A DNA stretch of 33,412 nt from an uncultured bacterium (lineage in GTDB: Bacteria; Patescibacteriota; Dojkabacteria; SC72): the NCBI GenBank assembly GCA_937899155.1, contig CALDJM010000010.1, positions 1 to 33,412 of the forward strand. Reading direction: 5' to 3'. Below are positions 8,845-18,711 of the stretch, piece after piece. Both the position numbers and the translations under genes were made by a program. Under the pieces are notes generated by a model. It saw only the letters and a list, made by a program, of their open reading frames with translations. It did no database searches and was not told the origin of the DNA. The number at the start of each line of letters is the position of its first letter. The stretch's first letter is position 1.

Positions 8845-11001
8845 TTACTTACCCTTCTTTTTACTCTTACTCTTACTCTTTTTGATATACCTACAATCTG
8901 GATAGTTACTACACCCTACAAAAACCCTCCCCCACTTACTCCTTCTTTCCACCAAGTTATGACCACACTCAGGACACTTTTCCTTCAACAACAAAGGCAA
9001 TGTCCCCTTACAATCAGGATATTTTTCACAAGCCCAGAACTTCCCATACTTACCAATCTTCAGAATTAATTTCCCTCCACATTTGGGACATTTCTCAGGC
9101 CTAGCATACTTGTCAAAATCAATACTCTGCTCATTACCCTCAATATCCTTCATACCTTTACATTCTGGGAATTTCGCACAACTCAAAAACTTCCCATACC
9201 TTCCCACTCTAACAACCATCTCCCCACCACACTCAGGACACTTCTCATCTGACTTACCCAAAATTACAACATCTTCTTTTTTCACATCAGCCTCAGCTTT
9301 TGTAATTCCCTCAACCAACATTTTGAATTCTTTATCAATCACAGGAACATACTCCTTCTTCCCCAAAGAAATATCATCAAAATCATTCTCAACATCAGCT
9401 GTATATTCATAATCAACCAACCTCGAGAAATTATTCTTCAAAAAATTAGTCACCAATCTACCCACATCAACAGGCACCAAAGCTTTTTGCTCTTTTACAA
9501 CATAGCCTCTTGCCATAATGGTGGAAATAATTGTTGCATATGTAGAAGGCCTGCCAATACCAAGTGCTTCTAATTTTTTAATCAAAGAAGCTTCTGTATA
9601 TCTTGCAGGAGGTTGTGTAAATTTCTGTTCATTTACAAATTTCTCCTTCTTTAAAGTATCGCCCTTTTCAATACTATACATCTCTTGCAATCCTTCCTCT
9701 TGACTCTTAATATGCAGGACTTTTCTAAAGCCATCAAAGAGGACCTTTTCACCACCCATTGTAAATTCATACTCAGGTTTCTTAGGATTTTCTGGAACTA
9801 TACTGACGGTCAGAACCTCCACCTCCTTATTACTCATCTGGCTAGAAACAGCCCTCTTCCATATCAGCTCATACAACCTACCTGCAAAATCACCTAGCTC
9901 TTTACTAATTCTTTTAGAGTCGACATAGAAATCCGTGGGCCTAATAGCCTCGTGTGCCTCCTGTGCATTCTTAGCTTTTGTTTTGTAGAAATTAGGTTTT
10001 TCTGGAATATACTCTTTACCATACCTTCCCTCGACCAATTCTCTCACTGCACTAATTGCTTTCTGACTCAAAAACACAGAATCTGTTCTCATATATGTAA
10101 TATATCCCGCTTGATACAAACTCTGTGCAACACTCATAGTTCTTTTAGATGTAAAGCCAAGTGCATTATATGCAGATTGCTGAAGTGTAGAAGTCGTAAA
10201 TGGAGGATATGCATGTTTACTTGCTTTTTTCTTATTAACACTCTTAACTACAAAATCACTATCCCCTATCTCTTTCTCAAAATCCAAGACTTCTTTTTCT
10301 GTCTTAGGAATATACTTCTTACCATCTTTACGAACTAGCTTTGCTTCAAGTTTATTCTTCTCCTTGTCATTCACAACAACCTTTACATCCCAATACTCTT
10401 GAGAATCAAATGCCTCTCTCTCCTCCTCTTTCTCAACAATTAACCTTAAAGCAACAGACTGGACTCTACCTGCAGAGAGACCGTACCAAATCTTTTTCCA
10501 AAGCAATTCTGAAAGTTTATATCCAACCAACCTATCAAGCACTCTTCTTGCCTTTTGTGCATCTACCAAATTCATATCAATTTTAGAAGGTTTTGCAATG
10601 GCTTCTTTAATAACATTACTCGTAATCTCATGAAAGGTAACTCTCTTTGGATCTTTCAAGCCCAAAGAATTTGCTGTATGCCATGCAATTGCCTCACCTT
10701 CCCTATCTGGGTCCATTGCTAAATATACATTCCCATCCTTCGGTACTGCTTTTTTCAATTCTTTAACAACCTTCCCCTTTCCGTATATCTGCTCCCAAAG
10801 AGGTTCATACTCTTTTTCAACATCAACCCCTAGCTTACTCTTAGGTAGATCTATTATATGACCAACCGTTGCCAAGACTTTATATTCTTTCCCCAAATAT
10901 TTATTTATTGTTTTCGCTTTGGAAGGAGACTCAACAATCAAAAGGTTTTTATAACCCAAATCTCTCTTCTTTGTTGTTTTTTTGACTTTACTTTTTGCCA
11001 T
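8845..11001 (-). CDS. topA: Type IA DNA topoisomerase I with three C-terminal zinc ribbons
   Basis: IVESPSKAKTI, DPDREGEAI, SAGRVQS, ITYMRTDS, EAHEAIRPT, GIGRPSTY, three zf-C4 ribbons. Confidence 0.98.
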   Translation of the reverse strand: MAKSKVKKTTKKRDLGYKNLLIVESPSKAKTINKYLGKEYKVLATVGHIIDLPKSKLGVDVEKEYEPLWEQIYGKGKVVKELKKAVPKDGNVYLAMDPDREGEAIAWHTANSLGLKDPKRVTFHEITSNVIKEAIAKPSKIDMNLVDAQKARRVLDRLVGYKLSELLWKKIWYGLSAGRVQSVALRLIVEKEEEREAFDSQEYWDVKVVVNDKEKNKLEAKLVRKDGKKYIPKTEKEVLDFEKEIGDSDFVVKSVNKKKASKHAYPPFTTSTLQQSAYNALGFTSKRTMSVAQSLYQAGYITYMRTDSVFLSQKAISAVRELVEGRYGKEYIPEKPNFYKTKAKNAQEAHEAIRPTDFYVDSKRISKELGDFAGRLYELIWKRAVSSQMSNKEVEVLTVSIVPENPKKPEYEFTMGGEKVLFDGFRKVLHIKSQEEGLQEMYSIEKGDTLKKEKFVNEQKFTQPPARYTEASLIKKLEALGIGRPSTYATIISTIMARGYVVKEQKALVPVDVGRLVTNFLKNNFSRLVDYEYTADVENDFDDISLGKKEYVPVIDKEFKMLVEGITKAEADVKKEDVVILGKSDEKCPECGGEMVVRVGRYGKFLSCAKFPECKGMKDIEGNEQSIDFDKYARPEKCPKCGGKLILKIGKYGKFWACEKYPDCKGTLPLLLKEKCPECGHNLVERRSKWGRVFVGCSNYPDCRYIKKSKSKSKKKGK

Positions 11002-11115
11002 ACCCCACCATTATACCATCTCTTAATTTGTTAACCAGACCTGGTCGACAGGAAAAGTGAATCTAGGAAATGGTTTGAATGCAATTTTAAAAGAAATTTA
11101 ATGTTACTATAGGGG

Positions 11116-11772
11116 CTAGTAATAGAATGAGAACTGCCCTCCCACCAATCCGACAACTTCCTTCATATCTTCGATACTTGTTAAGATGTTTGCCCCTTGT
11201 TTCGCTAGGAGATTACAACCTCTTGAGACATTACTCGTTATATTACCTGGAACGACATATACATCTCTATTATAATCCAAAGCTAGCTGTGCGGTTGTTA
11301 GAGACCCACTGTTTTCTCCTGCCTCTATTACAATTACAGATTTCGACACTCCTGCTAATATCCTGTTTCTTTCAATGTACATATATTTATTCAATTTCGT
11401 ACCTTCTCTATGTTCAGCAATCAGAAGCTCTGTTTTCTGTATTTCCTTCCAAATCTCTCTGTTACAAGCAGGTATGGCAGTATCAATACCTCCTGGTACG
11501 ACAGCTATAGTTCTTACACCTCTTTGTAAACATTTTCTATGTACATACCCATCAATACCTCTTGCCAAACCACTAACAACTACTATTTCTAATTCTTTAA
11601 GAAAAGGAGCAATAAACATATCCAAAACTTTCATTCCATACGAAGTTATGCTCCTTGTCCCAACAATTGAGATGCAACACTTGTTTAGAAGAGATGTGTC
11701 TCCATAGCAGTATAGTTGTTTCGGTGGATCAGGTATCTCAGACAGAAGGTTACTAGGTTTAACAATTTTCAT
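11116..11772 (-). CDS. dprA: DNA-processing protein DprA (Rossmann-fold core only)
   Basis: IVGTR, VVSGLARGID, RNRILAG, IEAGENSGSLTTA, VPG; dprA-topA synteny. Confidence 0.95.
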   Translation of the reverse strand: MKIVKPSNLLSEIPDPPKQLYCYGDTSLLNKCCISIVGTRSITSYGMKVLDMFIAPFLKELEIVVVSGLARGIDGYVHRKCLQRGVRTIAVVPGGIDTAIPACNREIWKEIQKTELLIAEHREGTKLNKYMYIERNRILAGVSKSVIVIEAGENSGSLTTAQLALDYNRDVYVVPGNITSNVSRGCNLLAKQGANILTSIEDMKEVVGLVGGQFSFYY

Positions 11773-11777
11773 ACCCA

Positions 11778-11811
11778 AGTATATCTTGGAATTATTAAAT
11801 CTAGATTAACT
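11778..11811 (-). promoter_or_regulatory. dprA promoter: TATACT 5 nt before ATG plus 21-bp element shared with radC
   Basis: Minus strand AGTTAATCTAGATTTAATAAT-tccaaga-TATACT-tgggt-ATG. Confidence 0.7.
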
Positions 11812-11821
11812 GAGATATTAA

Positions 11822-12976
11822 CTAAATTCGCTTTTCGAATCTCCTCCTTCTACTCTCTACTTTCTTTTTAGCAGTAGCTTTTTTAGCAACTTCTATATCT
11901 TTAGATATCTGATTGGATATCTTAGAAACTTTAGACGATGCAGCTAAATATGCTTGTCTACTCTTTTTTACTATTGGAAATACTATTGTCCATGTTAAAC
12001 CAAGTATTACTAAAGCTCCTCCTATTACAATGGTTTTATTTGCCTCATCAAAGACACCTGTTTTAGGCATGGCCTTACCTGTGAAAGAAGTACTACCACC
12101 AGGAGTACCGCCATTCGCAGGAGTTCCTACACCTGGAGGAGCAACAACTCCTGGGTTTGAAATCCAGAAAACAGTCCTTCCAAATATACATGTTTCCTTA
12201 CTTCGCTGGGTCTTCCAACTAAAAGATACATTATGAGGACCATCATAGTGCTCCTTAGCAATAGGAGTTGAGACTGTGATTACCCTAACCTTATCTCCTG
12301 CATTGCCTGAAACTTTCAAGTCAACAGGATCGTTATCATCAGCTTTATATTTAAAACTCCAACCATCTATATAGAAATAGATATCATCAGATACCCCTAT
12401 ATCGTCTTGAGCTTGGACTGCCACTGTCAAGATCTCCCCTGGTTTGTATGGGTTATCTTCTCCTCGTAGTGGTACCACCCATTGGGTCTTACCTTCACAA
12501 GAAGATACTTGTTCTATTTTGAATATACCTGCCAAAGAACAAGTCCCACTACTATTACCTCCCGAATCTGTCCAAGAGTAAGAAATATTATTGTAATAAT
12601 GATAAGGTGCATTCATAGGAATAGTACTGGTAACCGTATAAGTATTTGCAGATCCATCAACAGGAGATATTCTCATAGTAGTACCAACCAAAATATCACT
12701 CGCAGGACAAGTAATTGCACTAATACCAACATTACATGGATATTCCCAACCATTAACATTCAAAATTACTGTCTTAATAGCCTCTGTATTTTGAATCTGA
12801 ACAGTTGTTTCCAAATTCTCCCCTACCTTATAAATTGTATCTTTTGGAGGAACAACCCACTTAGACCCAGTACCCACACATGCAGCAAATGTATCTCCAC
12901 TAAAGAAGAAAAAGAAACCTACAGAAAGTAACACTACAAAGAAAAGCTTACGAAAAACTGATGCTTTTGAAAACAT
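11822..12976 (-). CDS. Secreted protein with two tandem beta-rich (Ig-like) domains and MPKTG-TM-basic C-terminus
   Basis: Signal peptide ending TFAA; internal duplication (WVVP..YK.GE.L...VQ.Q...GW...N.S.SW); C-term MPKTGVFDE + TM + basic tail. Confidence 0.8.
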   Translation of the reverse strand: MFSKASVFRKLFFVVLLSVGFFFFFSGDTFAACVGTGSKWVVPPKDTIYKVGENLETTVQIQNTEAIKTVILNVNGWEYPCNVGISAITCPASDILVGTTMRISPVDGSANTYTVTSTIPMNAPYHYYNNISYSWTDSGGNSSGTCSLAGIFKIEQVSSCEGKTQWVVPLRGEDNPYKPGEILTVAVQAQDDIGVSDDIYFYIDGWSFKYKADDNDPVDLKVSGNAGDKVRVITVSTPIAKEHYDGPHNVSFSWKTQRSKETCIFGRTVFWISNPGVVAPPGVGTPANGGTPGGSTSFTGKAMPKTGVFDEANKTIVIGGALVILGLTWTIVFPIVKKSRQAYLAASSKVSKISNQISKDIEVAKKATAKKKVESRRRRFEKRI

Positions 12977-13053
12977 TATTACATTAAAACTAAGTTATAT
13001 ACTATAAATGTATACAGTTTAAACAATACCCTGTCAACTGTTCATAGTCCAAC

Positions 13054-15069
13054 CTACAACTTCCCATTCTCCTTCATCCAAACAATCATCTCCCTTGCTA
13101 CTTTCGCTGTATTGTAGCTCTGCCCACCATCTTCCAAAAACATTGTCAAAACATATTTAGGATTCTCTGACGGGAAAAACATAGTAACCCAAGCATGAGT
13201 ATGCTCATACACACCCTTCTCATTAACTTTACCAAACTCTGCAGTACCCGTCTTAGCAGAAACAGAAACACCCTCTATACCTGACAAAGGACGAATAGTG
13301 GCTCTAGGACCATTAACAGCATTCCACATTCCATCTTTAACAATCTTCACAGAATTCTCAGTAACGACATCCGTCCTCACAGGCTCAACTTTAACATCCT
13401 CTCTCTTCCCTCTCTCCTTCTCAAAAGATTTAGCCAGATGAGGAGTATTCAACTTTCCACCATTTGCAATTGCAGATGTCCAATTAGCCATCTGAATAGG
13501 TGTAGAAAGGGTAATTCCCTGTCCAATAACTGTATTACAAGAATCTCCCTCTGGATACCAAACAGGCTCAAGCCACGGACTCGTTTTTGAAAGTTCAATC
13601 TTGTTTTCAGGCGAAGGCAACCTTCCACTAGCCTCACCCGGAATATCAATATGAGTATACTCACCTACACCAAATTTCTTAAGATACGGTACAAGCCCAT
13701 TCATATCCCATCTCCTTATCATCTCACAAAAATATATATTCGACGAAACAGAGATAGCATCAATTAAATTCAATGGACCATGAGACCTATTACCGTACTC
13801 CTGAAATGAAGCACCACCCGTGAAAGTATATCCAGCACGACTCACATAAACAGTATTCCTAGTCAACACTCCTGCATCCAATCCACCTGCAGCGACTAGG
13901 ATTTTAAATGTCGATCCTGGAGGCATCTGTGCCGCAATAGCTCTGTTTAACAAAGGATTTCTTGGGTTATGCAGCAACTCATTAAATGCTCCCTGTGATA
14001 TTCCTCCTATGAAAGAATTATTATCATATCCTGGGTTAGAAACTAGTGCTAACAACTCACCATTTCGAACATCCTCGATTATCCCTGCGCCACCAACTGC
14101 CTTATAGTCAACCACTGCCTGCTCCATTAACTCATACAGTTTCTTTTGCACATCCAAATCTATTGTTAAATACAGGTTATCGCCAGAAACTGGTTCCTTA
14201 ACAATATATCCCTCCTCACTAAGTCTCCTACCAAGCGAATCAACCTCCCAAGCAATCTCACCATCATCACCCATTAAATGCTCATCATACTCCTTCTCTA
14301 GACCTATCCTCCCTACAACATCTGTTATCTTTGCATATTTCAATTTCTTTAAATCATCCGCTGTCACACTTCCTGTGTATCCTAAAATATGAGAGAGAGC
14401 TTCTCCGTGCAAGTATTCTCTCTTACTACCACTATCTATATACACACCTGGAAGCTCATTACTACTAGCCTTAATCTTAATCGCCATCTCATCATCAATA
14501 TCTCTAGCAACAAGAATTTCTGTGAAGTAAGTATCCTTTTCGTAAGTTGAATATATCTTCTCTAAAAGAGAAGAGAACTGCTCTTCTGTCTTACTGTTTT
14601 CACTCTTCCACAAATCACCCAAGATACCCCCTAGGGTATTACTTGCTTTTTCCAGGGCAACCGTATCCACATATCCCTTACTATCAATATATCTCTCTAT
14701 TGATAGGTACACATTCATCGAAGCAACATTTCTAACCAACAACTTACCATTTCTATCCATAATAACACCTCTCAAGGCCTTCTCCTCCCTTATACTTACC
14801 TGATTTCTCTTGGATTTTTTCAACATCTCCTCCCCCTTTACAATCTGCAAAGAAGCAAGTTGCGATATTAAGAAACCAAACAGAACAAGCCCTAAAAGAA
14901 GCAGTATTACAGCATTCCATGCAGGACTAAAGTTGTCCTCTCTCTTCGCTTTCACTCCTTCTTTAAGAGTATTCAGAATTTCTTTTGGTACAAAAGAGAA
15001 TTTAAAGGAAGAACCTCTCTTAGAAACACTCTCTTCATTTTGTAATTTCTTTGAAATCTTTAGTCCCAT
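13054..15069 (-). CDS. mrdA: Penicillin-binding protein 2
   Basis: LQIVKG, RGVIMDRNG, PPGSTFK (SxxK), SSN (SxN), KTGTAE; follows mreD. Confidence 0.95.
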   Translation of the reverse strand: MGLKISKKLQNEESVSKRGSSFKFSFVPKEILNTLKEGVKAKREDNFSPAWNAVILLLLGLVLFGFLISQLASLQIVKGEEMLKKSKRNQVSIREEKALRGVIMDRNGKLLVRNVASMNVYLSIERYIDSKGYVDTVALEKASNTLGGILGDLWKSENSKTEEQFSSLLEKIYSTYEKDTYFTEILVARDIDDEMAIKIKASSNELPGVYIDSGSKREYLHGEALSHILGYTGSVTADDLKKLKYAKITDVVGRIGLEKEYDEHLMGDDGEIAWEVDSLGRRLSEEGYIVKEPVSGDNLYLTIDLDVQKKLYELMEQAVVDYKAVGGAGIIEDVRNGELLALVSNPGYDNNSFIGGISQGAFNELLHNPRNPLLNRAIAAQMPPGSTFKILVAAGGLDAGVLTRNTVYVSRAGYTFTGGASFQEYGNRSHGPLNLIDAISVSSNIYFCEMIRRWDMNGLVPYLKKFGVGEYTHIDIPGEASGRLPSPENKIELSKTSPWLEPVWYPEGDSCNTVIGQGITLSTPIQMANWTSAIANGGKLNTPHLAKSFEKERGKREDVKVEPVRTDVVTENSVKIVKDGMWNAVNGPRATIRPLSGIEGVSVSAKTGTAEFGKVNEKGVYEHTHAWVTMFFPSENPKYVLTMFLEDGGQSYNTAKVAREMIVWMKENGKL

Positions 15070-15073
15070 TTCA

Positions 15074-15577
15074 TTATTTTAACCGAATTTGAGAAGCATT
15101 TCCTCTATCCCTAAATCTTCCAAACAAAACTTCAATTAAGAAAAGTAATAGTGTTGCAACTAAAGCTTTCACTATACACACAATTACCATCTTCCAATCT
15201 AAGAAACCAAACACTCCCTTTTCTAAAAAGTCTGGAAGAAGAATATTTGCAATACAAAAAAGCAAAGAAGCCACAAAATTACTAACATGCAACCCAATCA
15301 GGCTCTCTTCAGAAAAGAGGATAGAAAAAAGCCAAAGAACCAAAGATGGAAGAAGAAAAAGGACAAGGTTTGTCCCTAATCTATAATGCATAGTTACATC
15401 AAAGATTATCGACGAAACAACAGTAACTACAAGCAACCATCTCTTATCTACCTTTCTATACCCAAAAAGAAAAAAGAGAAAAGATACTCTAAAGTTTAAA
15501 AGTGAAAGAAAAAAGTTTTCAACAAACTGCAATACAAAGAGACCTATTCCTATTATCAATACTGTTAAAATCTGCAT
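15074..15577 (-). CDS. mreD: Putative rod-shape protein MreD
   Basis: 167-aa polytopic membrane protein between mreC and mrdA; assigned mostly by synteny. Confidence 0.65.
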   Translation of the reverse strand: MQILTVLIIGIGLFVLQFVENFFLSLLNFRVSFLFFLFGYRKVDKRWLLVVTVVSSIIFDVTMHYRLGTNLVLFLLPSLVLWLFSILFSEESLIGLHVSNFVASLLFCIANILLPDFLEKGVFGFLDWKMVIVCIVKALVATLLLFLIEVLFGRFRDRGNASQIRLK

Positions 15578-15586
15578 CTTTTTTAA

Positions 15587-16423
15587 TTATTTAATATTTA
15601 CAAACACACTCATCAAATCATCATAATCGATTAATGGAACAACCTTACCACTCCTAGATGTCTGTGCAGGATTTGAAGAAAGACCTGCAATTTTCCCAAC
15701 AACAAGAAAACCACTTACTTTAGGATCGCCCACAACAACTATATCACCATCTTCAACAGCAGAATCTGTTGAAATATTTTCAATTCTAATATGGTCTCCC
15801 ACTCCCTGTATCAAAGCCTTACTCAAAACCTCAACACTCTCCTTCACAATCTTACCCTGCTCCGCTCCTTTTTTAGTAATGAATGCTTCATAACTACTAC
15901 CTTTTGCTGTTGGAAGTACAACCTTACAACCTTGACTATCAACCCTCTCTACCACACCTAAAAAAAGATTACCCAACAAGACAGTATTGCCAACTTCAAC
16001 ACCATCTTTTTGACCAACATTTATTTTAAAAGAAGTATTTCTTTTCCCTCCTAAAACCTTTGCTGAGAGAAGCTTATGTTCTTTATCCCCCAGATTTAAC
16101 TGTCTCTTTAAAGAATCTCTTTCTTCTAGAAGAGTTGTATAGTAGCTATTATTCACATCCTTCTCATACATATCCAACTTCATCTGATTAAATTCTTTTC
16201 TAAATTCCGAAATCTTTACAATTGTTCCAAAATGTTCATTAATTTTACCTCCTAAATTACTACCATCTACCGCTATTGGCTCAAACAGAAAAGATGTACC
16301 CATTCTAATTGGTTCAAGAAGTTTAGTACTGTCAAGAAAGAGTAGACAGAGGGATATTAAAATAGCAACAGGCAGAAAGAGATCTTTACCAGCAAGCGAG
16401 AAAGTTTTCTTCTGCTTTTTCAT
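15587..16423 (-). CDS. mreC: Rod shape-determining protein MreC
   Basis: N-terminal TM, coiled coil, INVGQKDGV.VG..V motif, GDIVV; downstream of mreB. Confidence 0.88.
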   Translation of the reverse strand: MKKQKKTFSLAGKDLFLPVAILISLCLLFLDSTKLLEPIRMGTSFLFEPIAVDGSNLGGKINEHFGTIVKISEFRKEFNQMKLDMYEKDVNNSYYTTLLEERDSLKRQLNLGDKEHKLLSAKVLGGKRNTSFKINVGQKDGVEVGNTVLLGNLFLGVVERVDSQGCKVVLPTAKGSSYEAFITKKGAEQGKIVKESVEVLSKALIQGVGDHIRIENISTDSAVEDGDIVVVGDPKVSGFLVVGKIAGLSSNPAQTSRSGKVVPLIDYDDLMSVFVNIK

Positions 16424-16440
16424 GAACTGAATATTTTAAA

Positions 16441-17496
16441 TTAAACTAATTCTTCCCAAGATTTCTGTACTCTATCTAACAAATCGATATGGTCAAGCAT
16501 CAATGCAGTACCTCTTGCAGCTACTGTTAAAGGATCTTCTACAACCTTAACTGGCAAACCTAATTCCTGTGTCCAAAAAGTATCCAACCCTCTAATTAAG
16601 GCTCCTCCACCAGCAATGTATATACCAGAAGAAACTAAATCCTTGAGTAATTCTGGAGGTGTTTCTTCAACAGCATCTTTTACAACATCTGTTATTAGGG
16701 AGATTGTGTTCATTATGGCCTCTCTTACTTCCCTACTACTTAACTCTACTGTTTTAGGAAGACCTGTTAACAAATCCCTACCCTGAACAGGATATTTTCT
16801 CTCTTTTTTCAGGGGAACTGCAGACCCCATCATTATTTTTATATCCTCAGCACTTCTTTCACCGATTAGAATATTGTATTTTGTCTTGACATAATCAATT
16901 ATATCTTGATCCATCTCATCTCCCGCTAATTTCATTGTCTGGTCTACAACTATATCCCCTAAAGAGAATACTGCGATATCTGTTGTACCTCCACCGATAT
17001 CAATAATCATACTTCCCGAAGCCTCCTCTACAGGCAAGCCAGCACCAATTGCTGCAGCCATTGCTTCCTCAACGATATATACCTTTCTTGCCTGAGCCGT
17101 CCTTACAGCATCTATGACCGCTTGTCTTTCCACCTCTGTTACCGAAGATGGCACACCAACAATTACCCTTGGTCTTTGTATCTTAAAAGCCTTGTTAAAA
17201 GTCTTATGTGTTTTTGTTATGAAGTGATGAATCATTGCTTGTGTAGTATCAAAATCCGAGATAACACCATCTTTCAATGGCCTTACAGCAACTATATTAC
17301 CGGGAGTTCTCCCTATCATCTGTCTTGCATCTTTACCCACAGCAAGTACATGTTTAGTCCTCTTATTTATGGAAACAACCGATGGTTCTGATATTGCTAT
17401 ACCGTGGTTTCGCATATACACTTTTGTATTAGCCGTACCCAAATCTATACCCAAATCATATGTCAGTAGCTCTTGGAGTCTTTCAAATATATTCAT
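16441..17496 (-). CDS. mreB: Rod shape-determining protein MreB
   Basis: LGIDLGTANT, EPSVV, RPLKDGVISDF, DIGGGTTD, AGGGAL. Alternative TTG start at 17502. Confidence 0.98.
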   Translation of the reverse strand: MNIFERLQELLTYDLGIDLGTANTKVYMRNHGIAISEPSVVSINKRTKHVLAVGKDARQMIGRTPGNIVAVRPLKDGVISDFDTTQAMIHHFITKTHKTFNKAFKIQRPRVIVGVPSSVTEVERQAVIDAVRTAQARKVYIVEEAMAAAIGAGLPVEEASGSMIIDIGGGTTDIAVFSLGDIVVDQTMKLAGDEMDQDIIDYVKTKYNILIGERSAEDIKIMMGSAVPLKKERKYPVQGRDLLTGLPKTVELSSREVREAIMNTISLITDVVKDAVEETPPELLKDLVSSGIYIAGGGALIRGLDTFWTQELGLPVKVVEDPLTVAARGTALMLDHIDLLDRVQKSWEELV

Positions 17497-17593
17497 GAAC
17501 AAAATATTTACTAATTAATTAGCAGATTTTAACATTTAGAGATGAAAAACTCGAGAGGGGGAAGAATTATTTATACAAAAACTTGAAAAAGGT

Positions 17594-17806
17594 CTATTCC
17601 TGTTCAGCTTTGAGCTTTTTGTAGCATTTCATACAAGCTCTGATTTTGCTAGGTGTTCCTTCTATATCCACATCTATTTTTCTTAGATTTGGTTTAAAGG
17701 TCCTCTTTGTTTTAGGTGCTTTGTACATCCAGCCACCAGAGTGTTTGTGCTGTATGCTATTTCCAGAGACCGTAGATTTTCCACAAAGTTCACATATTTT
17801 TGCCAT
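17594..17806 (-). CDS. rpmB: 50S ribosomal protein bL28 (Zn-binding type)
   Basis: MAKICELCGK...GN...TKRTFKPNL...CMKC. Confidence 0.95.
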   Translation of the reverse strand: MAKICELCGKSTVSGNSIQHKHSGGWMYKAPKTKRTFKPNLRKIDVDIEGTPSKIRACMKCYKKLKAEQE

Positions 17807-17814
17807 AGTGTTGG

Positions 17815-17843
17815 ATTATATATCAAGATATTGAAAATGGCAA
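17815..17843 (-). promoter_or_regulatory. Sigma70 promoter of rpmB
   Basis: TTGCCA-17 bp-TATAAT, 8 nt before ATG. Confidence 0.75.
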
Positions 17844-17949
17844 GAAGTCGGATTAGTTATAAATACAAAAGATTTGACTACACCTCGAAATTTACCCTAC
17901 ATTCTCGAACATAATAAAACTTCCTGTCTTACAAAAACCTGACCTTTGT

Positions 17950-17965
17950 ATACCCCGAGGGGTAT
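17950..17965. promoter_or_regulatory. Palindromic operator resembling CsoR/RicR boxes
   Basis: ATACCCC-GA-GGGGTAT perfect inverted repeat in the divergent rpmB/M50 intergenic region. Confidence 0.45.
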
Positions 17966-18020
17966 CTAGCGTACTAAACATCTACTTTGGAACTATTCTT
18001 AAAAGTTTGTATAATGAGAT

Positions 18021-18650
18021 ATGAATTTCTTAACACCAGAAACAATATATTGGATGCTTTTTGCTATACCTTCAATCTTAATTGCCTCAACAGTTCATGA
18101 ATATGCACATGCTTGGGCAGCAATGAAGCTCGGAGACCTTACAGCCAAAGCAAATGGAAGATTAACTCTAAACCCCCTCTCCCACATAGATCCATTAGGT
18201 GCAATTTCTATGATTATATTCAAATTCGGATGGAGCAAACCCGTACCAGTGAACGAATACAATTTTGAGAAGAGAGAAAGAGATACAGCTTTGGTGTCGC
18301 TAGCTGGACCCGTATCAAACATCCTTCTACTACTCGTCACCACAGGTATCAACCTACTACTTCAACCAAATCCTGCATCATGGGTATCTACATTAATAGT
18401 AACCTTCGCGATGATAAATGGTGTCTTAGCTATTTTCAACTTAATCCCAATCCCACCATTAGACGGACACAAGATTGTAAGAGCTATTATTCCAAAAGGG
18501 AAACTTCGATATTACTGGGAAGAATTAGAGAGCTATTACTATATCCCTCTCCTACTATTACTACTTCCTATCTTCCCTTTTGGCTCAATTGCTTCCCTAA
18601 TTCTAGGTAAAACATTAACAAAAGTACTGACTTTACTAGGTTTTTTCTAA
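18021..18650 (+). CDS. Site-2 protease, M50 family (no PDZ domain)
   Basis: HEYAH, GRLTLNPL.HIDP.G, FGWSKPVPVN, SLAGP.SN, FNLIPIPPLDG; TATAAT 5 nt before ATG. Confidence 0.93.
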   Translation: MNFLTPETIYWMLFAIPSILIASTVHEYAHAWAAMKLGDLTAKANGRLTLNPLSHIDPLGAISMIIFKFGWSKPVPVNEYNFEKRERDTALVSLAGPVSNILLLLVTTGINLLLQPNPASWVSTLIVTFAMINGVLAIFNLIPIPPLDGHKIVRAIIPKGKLRYYWEELESYYYIPLLLLLLPIFPFGSIASLILGKTLTKVLTLLGFF

Positions 18651-18711
18651 ATTTCTTACTACAAGCCCCAACCTATTGGTATTCGTTTCCTCTAAATGGG
18701 ATAATATATTG

